A stretch of DNA of 64,000 bases from an uncultured Bacteroidota bacterium (GCA_902786595.1 CADADB010000002.1:158011-222010); one strand, 5' to 3'. Counted from the first letter of the stretch, positions 55,201 to 63,644 are shown. Made by a program: numbers and translations. The notes: generated from the sequence alone by a model not told the origin.

Positions 55201-55584
55201 GATGTCAGGATTTCCGTCTAGAGGCAACGGAATCTGCTTGACAAATGTGTTTTTGTGTGTAAGATAATGGTAATTGTCCGTTTCTTGGTTTCCTACTCGC
55301 AGTTCTATCGTCAAAACGATTGATTTGGCGGAGGATTTGTCGTATATTTTCCCGAAATTGGCCGTCATTCGGTGCTCCGTGGTTTCCTTGACGCGGTATG
55401 CCATGAAATAGGCCTGTTGTTCTGAGTGCTGCAAGGAGTCACTCTGCCTACGCAGTTCCTGGCGCAAAAGTTGCAGAAAATCGTCCTCCTCCGGGGTGTT
55501 CTGCGCAAAAACAGTCATACCACCCGCCAAAAGCAGTGCACAGCATAGCAGCCGTAGTAGCCAATCTTTTGGGGATGAGTACAT
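52285..55584 (-). CDS. Secreted 1099-aa protein, putatively a doubled TldD/PmbA-like metallopeptidase fold
   Basis: Signal peptide. SNGNARGNTLLPSARQSNLVL resembles the TldD/PmbA GNARR...P.R.SN motif. The IHNLLGHDLE site resembles HExxxH with Asn in place of Glu. The size is about twice that of TldD. Assignment from memory. Confidence 0.5.
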   Translation of the reverse strand: MYSSPKDWLLRLLCCALLLAGGMTVFAQNTPEEDDFLQLLRQELRRQSDSLQHSEQQAYFMAYRVKETTEHRMTANFGKIYDKSSAKSIVLTIELRVGNQETDNYHYLTHKNTFVKQIPLPLDGNPDIIRKILRNETRKAYQEAVIQCIENKVAETLLFGEEDYEKFLYMRQDLDGYYEPPVTESDWNEAHIEQTLCHATGLQHSDLREESAVLVYQTSRKYLVNSENGYFVENHSATTLTLRAEGLTPDNIPEHIERQHFVYFPEQLPDMEELRKEMEEMETLLSSVVLAEKCELTHAPVLLSPYASAVLIHNLLGHDLENQDNNWLRNRLWQQVLPESFSVYSDPTLTPIHGVYPGGSYMFDDEGVKGHRVQHVDHGVFRQFLSTRMQQSNAFKSNGNARGNTLLPSARQSNLVLESDKTLDTDELFKQLNQLNDDQDYALFVSEVEIRCDTNDLVSIYPTVCYKIYAHHRKPDEIVRDVILTGTKQQWLNNLVAASYGSNCVTMTCNSQQDDLLTSTTAPMLLFRNAEVRQQPKTPQFRIKRNLTGTGANVPMSTAEVFRFSAQHEWQIDVDQLKVAEETAPYYEEFLMTDARIFTVEASEGSVFYANEKPVRQFVPRLLLGSDRFNNENLTEETVPTSYPLPFENHTTFAKDFRDAADAEYREVLKQWKTKQAQQSTPESHTFPDRSYAPATQSDEERTFDYPTMNNLEHFACEASSLLAKHDFLIRSGVNIYIMMGNAYFWNSEKTTYSRPVSLISMQVYGAVEKADGEEYMDTKTLFFPCTDSLFSAQYAKNEIDMLVTHLKKVNEKGVSFEGNYWAGPMLVEGEAVGQVLMTALLGGYPNLLTNRKEADGSWITEESLRQGVHPFEQLLDRIITSRKISVTANVVGDVFDLATFVRHDKTDAEGVETQETEIIRNGELITLMGNRVPTKATPFSNGFQQLAFHCDGFVLAKGASRLDFDHKTAVSHEKLKKMLLREAKKQGSRHAYILRQVYDDNMQNINCRNNPNLPLLQLYRVDVRTGEEIPVTDAYLMSSYFHFFMLNDIQAVSNQKEAYPVMTKVKGVSGTRDFPFAGVPTCIVAPNGLLLKSAFLRP

Positions 55585-55586
55585 GA

Positions 55587-55618
55587 AACCCTTAACCTTT
55601 AACCCTTAACCCTTAAAC
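55587..55618. repeat. Period-7 array (AACCCTT)
   Basis: aacccttaacctttaacccttaacccttaaac, filling the purA-stop to next-ATG gap. Confidence 0.9.
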
Positions 55619-56886
55619 TACCTGAATATCGTTCCTTCTCGGTCAGGGCTCACAGACACGATGGAAATCTTCGTATGGGTCTTATCCTCAATGAATTGGA
55701 TGTAATCCTTGAACGTCTGCGGAAGTTCTTCGTAGGTTTTGCAGTTCGAGATGGCGGTCTTCCAGCCGGGCAGGGTAGTATAGACAGGTTCGATTTCCAC
55801 ATCGGTGGCCGAGGGCATCCGATCGGTGAGTTCTCCGTTGACACGGTAGGCGGTGCAGACCTTGATTTCATTGAGTTTGTCGAGGACGTCGGCCTTGGTG
55901 AGCGCGATGTCGGTCACCCCATTGATCATCAAGGCGTACTGGAGCGCGACAAGGTCAAGCCAGCCGCAACGTCTTGGTCTTCCGGTGGTTGCGCCGTATT
56001 CGTTACCTTCCTTGCGGAGAAATTCGCCCGTCTCGTCGAAGAGTTCGGTCGGGAAAGGACCGCTGCCCACGCGGGTGCAGTAGGCCTTCACGATGCCGAA
56101 GACACGTCCTGCGAAGTGCGGGGCCAAACCCAGGCCCGTGAATGCACCGGCGGCGATGGTGTTGGAGGAGGTCACGAACGGGTACGCGCCGAACTCCACG
56201 TCCAATAACGTGCCCTGAGCTCCTTCGGCCAAGACGGATTTTTCTTCCGTAAGATATTGGTGTACTACGTATTCACTGTCAATAAACTGGAATTTGCGAA
56301 TGGTCTCCAGCGATTTGCGCCATTGGGCGTCCAACTCGGCGAGCTTCGCTTCATAGTCGAAGTGGAAATTCTGCAAAATCTCGATGTGCTCATCGATTTT
56401 CTGACGGTATTTGGTCTCGAAATCAGGGGATTCGAGGTCGCAGACACGCAAGCCCGTGCGAGCGGTCTTGTCGGTGTAGGTCGGTCCGATGCCCTTCAGC
56501 GTGGAGCCGATCTTCATGTTCCCTTTATGCGCCTCTTGCGCTGCGTCCAACAGCTTGTGTGTGGGCAGAATGAGGTGCGCCTTGCGGGATATATAGAGGT
56601 TGTCGGTGGGGGTCAACCCCATGTCAACCAGCGCGTTAATCTCTTCCTCAAAGATGATGGGGTCTATGACAACTCCATTGCCGATGATATTGATTTTGCT
56701 CTTGTGGAAGATGCCGGATGGAATAATGTGCAGCACATGCCGTATTCCGTTGAATTCCAAGGAGTGGCCGGCATTGGGACCACCTTGGAAACGGGCAATC
56801 ACATCATATTTGGGCGTGAGAACGTCCACGATTTTTCCTTTTCCTTCATCGCCCCATTGCAGGCCGAGCAGAATGTCCATTTTCAT
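55618..56886 (-). CDS. purA: Adenylosuccinate synthetase
   Basis: LLGLQWGDEGKGKIVD P-loop. Start MKMDILLG at 56886, 25 nt after a -7 box. The tracked ORF runs to 56973. Confidence 0.96.
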   Translation of the reverse strand: MKMDILLGLQWGDEGKGKIVDVLTPKYDVIARFQGGPNAGHSLEFNGIRHVLHIIPSGIFHKSKINIIGNGVVIDPIIFEEEINALVDMGLTPTDNLYISRKAHLILPTHKLLDAAQEAHKGNMKIGSTLKGIGPTYTDKTARTGLRVCDLESPDFETKYRQKIDEHIEILQNFHFDYEAKLAELDAQWRKSLETIRKFQFIDSEYVVHQYLTEEKSVLAEGAQGTLLDVEFGAYPFVTSSNTIAAGAFTGLGLAPHFAGRVFGIVKAYCTRVGSGPFPTELFDETGEFLRKEGNEYGATTGRPRRCGWLDLVALQYALMINGVTDIALTKADVLDKLNEIKVCTAYRVNGELTDRMPSATDVEIEPVYTTLPGWKTAISNCKTYEELPQTFKDYIQFIEDKTHTKISIVSVSPDREGTIFR

Positions 56887-56910
56887 ATTCTCGTTTTTTG
56901 AAAATCGGGG

Positions 56911-56918
56911 CAAAGATA
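56911..56918 (-). promoter_or_regulatory. -7 box TATCTTTG (minus strand), purA
   Basis: CAAAGATA on the plus strand. Confidence 0.6.
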
Positions 56919-56957
56919 CATAAATTACGAATATACACAGACAGATAAAATTGACGC

Positions 56958-56987
56958 TGTAGAGACGTTTCATGAAACGTCTCTACA
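56958..56987. repeat. GTAGAGACG palindromic element, T-subtype (H10)
   Basis: TGTAGAGACGTTTCATGAAACGTCTCTACA, a perfect 30-nt palindrome. Confidence 0.9.
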
Positions 56988-57026
56988 ATTTCAGAGGAAA
57001 GACACGATTTTTTGGAAAACGGAATG

Positions 57027-57554
57027 TTATCGGTCAAGATACAAATCAACCAACCCCTCCGGGGTGGAAACGTACAGGATTTTGTTTTCCCGGTCCACGT
57101 TTGTGACGAACTGTTGGGAGGCGGGGATGAGGATTTCCACGCCGTTGAAGTCGATCTGCATCAAAGGATTGTTCGTGAGCTCCATGAAGTCTTTGCAAAC
57201 GCCAATGTCTCCGGCTTTTTCATCGATTACCTTGAAGCCGATTACCTCGTGAAAATAGAAGCGGTTGCCAGTGAGTTTCGGCAGACTGCTGAGGGGCAGG
57301 TAGAGTTCCGTCTGCACAAACTCGCGCACATTGTCCATGTCCACATCCTGCAGTTTGATGATGAATTGGTTGTTTCCCCGGTATTGCAGGTTCTCAATGA
57401 TATAAGGTAACATTTCGCCATCCGTCTCGATAAAAACGGCTTCGAGATCAAGATAGCGATTACAGTCATCGACATCAAAAAAGGCACACAACTCGCCTTT
57501 CAGTCCGAAAGGTTTTGTTAGTGTGCCTAAATAGTAGAAGTTTTTGTCTGCCAT
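57027..57554 (-). CDS. rimM: 16S rRNA processing protein RimM
   Basis: 175 aa with YLGTLTKPFGLKGEL at the N-terminus and a PRC-barrel C-terminus. Downstream of rpsP. Confidence 0.9.
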   Translation of the reverse strand: MADKNFYYLGTLTKPFGLKGELCAFFDVDDCNRYLDLEAVFIETDGEMLPYIIENLQYRGNNQFIIKLQDVDMDNVREFVQTELYLPLSSLPKLTGNRFYFHEVIGFKVIDEKAGDIGVCKDFMELTNNPLMQIDFNGVEILIPASQQFVTNVDRENKILYVSTPEGLVDLYLDR

Positions 57555-57570
57555 AATCAGGCGGAAAAAA

Positions 57571-58158
57571 CTATTCAGCAGCCGGTTGTTCGGCTTCAGC
57601 GGCAGGTGCCTCTTCGGCAGCGGCAGCTTCTTCAGCGGCGGCCTCAGCGGCAGCGGCTTCAGCAGCTTCTTGTGCGGCCTTTGCCTGAGCAGCGGCGATT
57701 TCAGCGGCTTTGGCGGCCACTTTTGCGGAGATGGCTTCTTTCACTTTCGTCTCAGCGGCAAGACGTTCTTTCACGACTTTGCGCTTTGCCTCACGCTCTG
57801 CATTCTCGACATCCTTCAGCTTGGAGTTCTTCTCCTGCTTCCAGGCCTCGAATTTGCGTTGAGCTTCGTTCTCGCTGAAAGCGCCCTTAGCCACACCGCC
57901 TTTGAGGTGCTTCATCAAATAAACACCTTCACGTTTGAGAATCGCACGGGCAGTATCGGAAGGAGTGGCGCCCACTTCCAGCCAATACAAAGCTCTGTCA
58001 AAATTGATGTTCAATGTTGCAGGATTGGTCAGCGGGTTGTAGGTACCCAGATCCTCGATGAATCGTCCGTCACGTGGTGCTCGACCATCCGCAATTACAA
58101 GGTGGTAAAAAGGTTGGTTCTTCTTACCGCGTCTTTGTAATCTGATTCTTGTTGCCAT
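57571..58158 (-). CDS. rpsP: 30S ribosomal protein S16 with an Ala/Glu/Lys-rich C-terminal extension
   Basis: MATRIRLQRRGKKNQPFYHLVIAD core, followed by a ~100-aa low-complexity tail. Confidence 0.95.
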   Translation of the reverse strand: MATRIRLQRRGKKNQPFYHLVIADGRAPRDGRFIEDLGTYNPLTNPATLNINFDRALYWLEVGATPSDTARAILKREGVYLMKHLKGGVAKGAFSENEAQRKFEAWKQEKNSKLKDVENAEREAKRKVVKERLAAETKVKEAISAKVAAKAAEIAAAQAKAAQEAAEAAAAEAAAEEAAAAEEAPAAEAEQPAAE

Positions 58159-58194
58159 AATACGTTAATTTTTAAGGGTTAAAAAATTCGGCGG

Positions 58195-58202
58195 CAAAAA
58201 TA
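58195..58202 (-). promoter_or_regulatory. -7 box TATTTTTG (minus strand), rpsP
   Basis: CAAAAATA on the plus strand, 36 nt upstream of the ATG. Confidence 0.55.
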
Positions 58203-58307
58203 CACTTTTTTGGCATACGGACCATTGCAGGCGAAAAGTTTATTTTTCGCCTATAAAATGTTGGTTAAAAGCCAATAAACAGACCGCTTTCCATTACTTG
58301 AATGCCA

Positions 58308-59738
58308 CTACGGCAGTACCACTACCACCGCGTCTTTTGCTTTCTGGCGCACACCTTTTGGCAATGTTATGGTGTATTCGTCGCCTTTTTTGGAGATGGA
58401 GGCCTTCTCGGAGGAACCCAAAATGGTTGCTTTACCTGTTTTCACAGGTTTCTCAAGATTTTTGAAAGTATAGGTGGCGGGGGTGAGTTCGTTTTCGGGG
58501 AATAGCAGCAAAGCGTAGCGTTGTCCGTCTTTGCCCTGCGTGAAACGAACTTGTCCGTAGCAATAGGGGAGGCAAGGACGGGTGCTGTAAATTGCTTTTC
58601 CGTTGACGCTTAGCCATTTACCCATGTCTTGCAAGCGTTCCACGGCGGTTTGCGGGAGTGTGCCTTCTGGGGAGGGTCCCACATTCAACAGGAAGTTGCC
58701 GCCTTTGGCCACGATGTCAATCAGCAGGTGGATGAGCCGGTTGGTGGACTTGTAGTTGTCGGTGGCCACGTACGACCAGGAATCGCCCATCGACATGCAA
58801 GTTTCCCAGGGGTAGGGGAGCAGTGTGTCGGGAACCTCCTGTTCGGGGGTGCGGTAGTTCTCGTATTTGCCGTGTACACTGCGATCCACGATAATGAGGT
58901 CGGGGTTGTTGGCGCGCACATCTTCCGCCACCTGCGGCATGTCGATGTCCTGGATCCAGCCCTGGCATCCGAGCCAGTCGCGGACCTCCTCGTCAACGCT
59001 CCACGCGGGGCGTACCCAGCCGCCGTCGAGCCACAGGATGTCAATGTCGCCGTAGTTGTTGGCCAGCTCATGCAGCTGTTTGCGGGTGAAATCGCAGTAT
59101 TTCGCCCACCGTTCGGGATGTTTCTCGGGGTCGTAGTTCACGTTGCGGTCAGGGGTGGCCCATTCCGGCGCCCAGTAGTCGGGACAGTGCCAGTCGGGCT
59201 TCGAGAAATAAAGTCCTGTCCAAAGCCCTTGACTCCGGAAAGCTTTCACCAAGGCGCCGGTCACGTCGGCGTTAGGGTTTTTGGAGAATGGACAATCTTT
59301 TCCCGTGACGGAGTAGTCGGTCTCTTTAGTGTCATACATACAGAAGCCGTCGTGATGCTTGGTGGTGAACACGAAGTACTTCATGCCGCAATCTTTGGCC
59401 AGCTTCGCCCAAGATTCCGGGTCGAATTTTGTCGGATTGAAGGTTTTGTTAAGTGCCTGGTATTTGGCCTTATATTCTGTATAAGGAACGCCGTCGCGGC
59501 TGATCCACGGCTCATTGCAGATGGACCACGACTCCACCACGCCCCATTGTGCGTAAATACCCCAGTGCATCATCAGTCCGAACTTCAAGTCCTGCCACTG
59601 GTCGATGCGGTTCAGGATGACAGGGTCAGTTTCAAACTTCTGTTCGTCTTGTGCGTAAGATGTTGAAAATGAGATCGCTGCGAATGTCAATAATAAAAAA
59701 CGGAGGAGGTTGTTTTTTCTGAAAGCCATAAATATCAT
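58308..59738 (-). CDS. Alpha-L-fucosidase (GH29)
   Basis: Signal peptide. FGLMMHWGIYA and FTTKHHDGFCMYDT motifs. Confidence 0.9.
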   Translation of the reverse strand: MIFMAFRKNNLLRFLLLTFAAISFSTSYAQDEQKFETDPVILNRIDQWQDLKFGLMMHWGIYAQWGVVESWSICNEPWISRDGVPYTEYKAKYQALNKTFNPTKFDPESWAKLAKDCGMKYFVFTTKHHDGFCMYDTKETDYSVTGKDCPFSKNPNADVTGALVKAFRSQGLWTGLYFSKPDWHCPDYWAPEWATPDRNVNYDPEKHPERWAKYCDFTRKQLHELANNYGDIDILWLDGGWVRPAWSVDEEVRDWLGCQGWIQDIDMPQVAEDVRANNPDLIIVDRSVHGKYENYRTPEQEVPDTLLPYPWETCMSMGDSWSYVATDNYKSTNRLIHLLIDIVAKGGNFLLNVGPSPEGTLPQTAVERLQDMGKWLSVNGKAIYSTRPCLPYCYGQVRFTQGKDGQRYALLLFPENELTPATYTFKNLEKPVKTGKATILGSSEKASISKKGDEYTITLPKGVRQKAKDAVVVVLP

Positions 59739-59755
59739 TATTTAAATTGAAAGCG

Positions 59756-59763
59756 CAAAAGTA
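59756..59763 (-). promoter_or_regulatory. -7 box TACTTTTG (minus strand), fucosidase
   Basis: CAAAAGTA on the plus strand. Confidence 0.5.
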
Positions 59764-59921
59764 AACAAAATAACATTACATCGAAGTTTTGGGATTCAGC
59801 CCTTGAATCTTGCGAAATTGATGATTTAACCTTTACTATCAATAGTGAAAATAATCGTAAACAATTAGTTTCCAGTGAAATATTTTTCTGATTTAGGGCT
59901 TGGAACGATTGAAAAAAAGCG

Positions 59922-59929
59922 TACCTTTG
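59922..59929 (+). promoter_or_regulatory. -7 box TACCTTTG, recA
   Basis: 28 nt upstream of the ATG at 59958. Confidence 0.55.
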
Positions 59930-59957
59930 CCCCCTGAAATCATTAAACCTATCAAGA

Positions 59958-60980
59958 ATGGAAAAAGAAGAAATTAAAAACAATGTGAATGCTGAGAAAC
60001 TGAAAGTGCTCAATTCTACACTCGAGAAACTTGAAAAAACTTTCGGAAAAGGTTCTATTATGCGTATGGGCGAGACCCATATTGAAGAGATGGACGTCAT
60101 ATCTACCGGTTCTATTGGCCTGGACACGGCACTCGGTGTCGGCGGATTCCCGAAAGGCCGTATTGTTGAAATCTATGGCCCTGAATCCTCCGGTAAGACC
60201 ACATTGGCCATCCACGCCATCGCGGAGGCGCAAAAACAGGGCGGTATCGCCGCTTTCATCGATGCGGAACACGCCTTCGATCGCTTCTATGCCGAAAAAT
60301 TAGGCGTGAATACCGCTGAACTGCTAATTTCACAACCCGACAACGGTGAGCAGGCGCTCGAAATCGCCGACAACCTCATCCGCTCCGGCGCCATTGACAT
60401 CATCGTCATCGACTCCGTAGCCGCCCTTACCCCGAAAAGCGAAATCGAAGGCGACATGGGCGACTCCAAGGTCGGCCTTCAGGCGCGCCTGATGTCACAA
60501 GCACTGCGCAAACTGACGGCAACCATCAACAAGACAGGTTGTTGCTGCATCTTCATCAACCAATTGCGTGAGAAAATCGGCATCATGTTCGGCAACCCGG
60601 AGACCACCACGGGCGGTAATGCCTTGAAGTTCTACGCCTCTGTGCGCCTAGATATTCGCCGCCAGACCCAAATCAAGGACGGAGACAAGGCCATCGGTAA
60701 CCACGTGAAAGTCAAGGTGGTAAAGAACAAAGTCGCGCCTCCGTTCCGCACAGCGGAGTTTGACATCATGTTCGGCGAAGGCATCTCCAAGTCGGGCGAA
60801 ATTGTCGATCTCGGTGTCGAATACAATATTATAAAGAAGTCCGGCTCCTGGTTCTCCTACGGCGACTCCAAACTCGCCCAAGGTCGCGACAGCGTGAAAC
60901 AGCTGCTCAACGACAACCCCGAACTCTCCGATGAAATCGAGGCCAAAATCCGCGAAGCCATCAAAGAAGGAATGAAGTAG
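59958..60980 (+). CDS. recA: Recombinase A
   Basis: [11 protein letters not shown] Walker A and [10 protein letters not shown]. Confidence 0.99.
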   Translation: MEKEEIKNNVNAEKLKVLNSTLEKLEKTFGKGSIMRMGETHIEEMDVISTGSIGLDTALGVGGFPKGRIVEIYGPESSGKTTLAIHAIAEAQKQGGIAAFIDAEHAFDRFYAEKLGVNTAELLISQPDNGEQALEIADNLIRSGAIDIIVIDSVAALTPKSEIEGDMGDSKVGLQARLMSQALRKLTATINKTGCCCIFINQLREKIGIMFGNPETTTGGNALKFYASVRLDIRRQTQIKDGDKAIGNHVKVKVVKNKVAPPFRTAEFDIMFGEGISKSGEIVDLGVEYNIIKKSGSWFSYGDSKLAQGRDSVKQLLNDNPELSDEIEAKIREAIKEGMK

Positions 60981-61001
60981 TTGCTGTTAGTATTTTCCAA
61001 T

Positions 61002-61031
61002 TGTAGAGACGTTTCAGGAAACGTCTCTACA
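61002..61031. repeat. GTAGAGACG palindromic element, T-subtype (H11)
   Basis: TGTAGAGACGTTTCAGGAAACGTCTCTACA, identical to H1. Starts 21 nt after the recA stop. Confidence 0.9.
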
Positions 61032-61053
61032 GCCAAAAGCAAAAAAAGACAGA

Positions 61054-62055
61054 ATGAAAAAAATTATCACCTGCCTATTGGCCTTGTTCTTAGTTCTCAG
61101 TTACGGTTGCCACAACAAGAGCAAGTACGCCGATCTGCCGCCAGAGCTGGCCGAATTGTGTCTGAATATCGACAAACACCCTAAAAAGTCCGAAAACTAC
61201 TACAAAAGAGCGCAATATTATTACTCACACGAGAACATTGACAAGGGTATCGCCGACATGCAGACGGCTATCAAGTTGCAACCCGACAGCAGCAAGTACT
61301 ATGTGATGCTCTCCGACCTCTACTTTGCGCAGCATGAAACCGACTTGACGGAGGAGATGTTGTTGAAGGCCATTTCCACTGATGAGGACAACAACGAAGC
61401 GAGACTGAAATTAGCTGAGTTGCAATTCCATACTCGTCAGTATGAGGATTGTGGAAAAACCATTGACGAGGCCGTACAGCGGCAGCCACACAATCCGAAA
61501 GCATACCTCATCAAGGCCTTCATGTTGAAAGATATGCAAGACACGGTGGGTTATCTGCGTATGTTACAGCTTGTTATCGACCAGGACCCTCGGGAGACCA
61601 AAGCGTTCCTTGAGCTCGGCTACTTCTACCAGCAGAAAAACGACCCGATAGCGATTTCTTATTATCAAAATGGGTTGAAAGCCGACCCCAATAATGTGGA
61701 ATTGCACTATAATTTAGGCAAGATGTTCCAGGATATGGACAAGCTGGAGGAGGCGGAACAGGAATACAAGACGGCCATAGCCATTGATTCTACGCATATT
61801 CCATCACTTAACAATCTGGGTTACTTATACTTGGATGATAATATCAAGAGATACGACGAAGCGGTGAAACTCTTCACGCAAGTGTTGCAGATTAATCCGC
61901 AGTTTGTGTATGCCATTTGCAACCGCGGGGTGGCGTATGAGTATTTGGGCAATTATGTGGCCGCTCGCAAGGATTATGAAGAAACCCTGAAGCTTTCCAC
62001 TAATTTCGAACCAGCCATTTTGGGACTTAACCGATTGGACAAACTGCAACATTAG
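61054..62055 (+). CDS. TPR-repeat lipoprotein
   Basis: Lipobox LVLSYGC and multiple 34-aa TPR units. Confidence 0.8.
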   Translation: MKKIITCLLALFLVLSYGCHNKSKYADLPPELAELCLNIDKHPKKSENYYKRAQYYYSHENIDKGIADMQTAIKLQPDSSKYYVMLSDLYFAQHETDLTEEMLLKAISTDEDNNEARLKLAELQFHTRQYEDCGKTIDEAVQRQPHNPKAYLIKAFMLKDMQDTVGYLRMLQLVIDQDPRETKAFLELGYFYQQKNDPIAISYYQNGLKADPNNVELHYNLGKMFQDMDKLEEAEQEYKTAIAIDSTHIPSLNNLGYLYLDDNIKRYDEAVKLFTQVLQINPQFVYAICNRGVAYEYLGNYVAARKDYEETLKLSTNFEPAILGLNRLDKLQH

Positions 62056-62061
62056 GCGCGT

Positions 62062-63087
62062 ATGAACGAGAATTTAGATCCTACCCGGCAACATCTTTCC
62101 GCCTCGGACAAAGAGTTTGAGCGCGCCATACGCCCTGCGCAATTTACGGATTTCCAGGGGCAAAAACAGGTGCTGGAGAATCTGATGGTCTTCGTGCATG
62201 CCGCCAAAGGACGTGGCGAGGCACTGGATCACGTTTTGTTGCACGGGCCTCCTGGACTGGGCAAGACCACCTTGTCACACATCATCGGCAACGAGATGGG
62301 CGTGAACGTGCGTGTCACTTCCGGCCCTGTCATTGACAAGCCCGGCGATTTGGCAGGACTGCTCACCAATTTGGAACCCAACGATGTCCTGTTTATTGAT
62401 GAAATCCACCGATTGTCGCCTGTGGTGGAGGAGTATCTCTACTCAGCGATGGAGGACTACAAAATCGACATTATGATTGACAGTGGTCCGAGTGCTCGGA
62501 GCGTGCAGATTTCCATCAACCCGTTCACACTGGTGGGCGCCACCACGCGGTCGGGTCTGCTGACGGCACCGCTGAGGTCGCGTTTCGGCATTAACTTGCG
62601 TCTGCAATACTATGATGCCCAGACACTTGGCAATATCATTAAACGGTCGGCTTCCATTTTGGACATTCCCATCGACGAGGATGCCGCCTACGAAATCGCT
62701 TCCCGCAGTCGTGGCACTCCGCGTATCGCCAACCTGTTGTTGCGACGTGTCCGCGACTTCGCCCAGATCAAAGGCGACGGCACCATCACCCTGCCCATCA
62801 CGCAGATTGCCTTGACGGCGTTGAATGTTGATAAGCACGGATTGGACGAAATGGACAACCGTATCCTGAGCACCATCATCGAGAAGTTCAAGGGTGGTCC
62901 GGTGGGCTTGAGTACTATCGCCACTGCCGTGGGCGAAGACCCTGGCACCATCGAGGAGGTCTATGAGCCGTTCTTGATCCAGGAAGGTTACCTGATGCGT
63001 ACCCCCCGTGGCCGTGAAGCCACCGATCTGGCATTCACGCACCTGGGGAAGTCGAGGTATGTGTCGGGGCAGGGGGAACTGTTTTGA
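62062..63087 (+). CDS. ruvB: Holliday junction branch-migration helicase RuvB
   Basis: [18 protein letters not shown] and [16 protein letters not shown]. Confidence 0.98.
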   Translation: MNENLDPTRQHLSASDKEFERAIRPAQFTDFQGQKQVLENLMVFVHAAKGRGEALDHVLLHGPPGLGKTTLSHIIGNEMGVNVRVTSGPVIDKPGDLAGLLTNLEPNDVLFIDEIHRLSPVVEEYLYSAMEDYKIDIMIDSGPSARSVQISINPFTLVGATTRSGLLTAPLRSRFGINLRLQYYDAQTLGNIIKRSASILDIPIDEDAAYEIASRSRGTPRIANLLLRRVRDFAQIKGDGTITLPITQIALTALNVDKHGLDEMDNRILSTIIEKFKGGPVGLSTIATAVGEDPGTIEEVYEPFLIQEGYLMRTPRGREATDLAFTHLGKSRYVSGQGELF

Positions 63088-63112
63088 ATTAAGAATTAAG
63101 AATTAAGAATGA
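63086..63112. repeat. Period-7 array (GAATTAA)
   Basis: gaattaagaattaagaattaagaatga, starting at the ruvB stop. Confidence 0.9.
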
Positions 63113-63134
63113 GGGAGAGGTAACTACTATCCCA

Positions 63135-63167
63135 ACAATTATCCATTATCCATTATCAATTCATTAC
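63135..63167. repeat. Period-7 array (CCATTAT)
   Basis: caattatccattatccattatcaattcattaca. Confidence 0.8.
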
Positions 63168-63243
63168 AAGTTCTTGATGGATAGTTGATTGCATTGCTTT
63201 AGTAAAAAAAATCAACATTGCACGTTTGATATCAAAAAAAGTG

Positions 63244-63251
63244 TATTTTTG
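63244..63251 (+). promoter_or_regulatory. -7 box TATTTTTG, rpmE2
   Basis: 37 nt upstream of the ATG at 63289. Confidence 0.55.
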
Positions 63252-63288
63252 CCGTCCAATTTTAACGACTAAAAAAATATAAGATATT

Positions 63289-63558
63289 ATGAAAAAAGAC
63301 ATCCATCCTAAGGAGTATAGAACCGTGGTTTTCAAGGACATGTCAAACGATTATGCGTTCCTGACCAAGTCAACGGTTAACACGAAAGATACGATTGTAT
63401 GGGAAGACGGAAATGAATATCCGCTCGTGAAATTAGAAATTTCCAGCACCTCTCACCCCTTCTTCACCGGTAAGATGAAGTTGGTTGACACCGCTGGCCG
63501 TGTGGATAAATTCCGCAACAAATATGCCCGCCATTTTGAAGCAGGCAAGACGAAATAA
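63289..63558 (+). CDS. rpmE2: 50S ribosomal protein L31, type B
   Basis: [10 protein letters not shown]... with no CxxC zinc motif, and HPFFTGK. Confidence 0.93.
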   Translation: MKKDIHPKEYRTVVFKDMSNDYAFLTKSTVNTKDTIVWEDGNEYPLVKLEISSTSHPFFTGKMKLVDTAGRVDKFRNKYARHFEAGKTK

Positions 63559-63579
63559 TCCATATATTTTGTACTTTTG

Positions 63580-63617
63580 CTGACCTTTTTTGTAGCCCGA
63601 AAAAGGTCAGTTTTTTT
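63580..63617 (+). terminator. Rho-independent terminator after rpmE2
   Basis: CTGACCTTTTT-tgtagcccg-AAAAAGGTCAG followed by TTTTTTT. Confidence 0.85.
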
Positions 63618-63644
63618 ATTGTAACTTCTTGAAATGATTAAAGA

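Noticed and set aside
58629-59666. 345-aa plus-strand ORF
   Set aside because: It is antisense to the GH29 fucosidase.
2238-61031. Whether the hairpins are paired type IIS restriction sites (GAGACG/CGTCTC, the BsmBI-type recognition sequence)
   Set aside because: GAGACG and CGTCTC also occur singly inside ordinary genes (for example near 1757, 19076 and 33715). There is thus no sign of site avoidance, and no restriction-modification gene lies in the window. I treat it as coincidence.
6677-63167. Whether the short tandem arrays could be CRISPR or telomere-like repeats
   Set aside because: The units are 7 nt, contiguous and degenerate, with no spacers and no cas genes. The resemblance of some units to TTTAGGG/TTAGGG is superficial in a circular-type bacterial context.
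63572-63579. TACTTTTG motif right after the rpmE2 stop
   Set aside because: It sits upstream of the strong rpmE2 terminator, so a transcript from it would terminate immediately. The box at 63645 is the better lon promoter.
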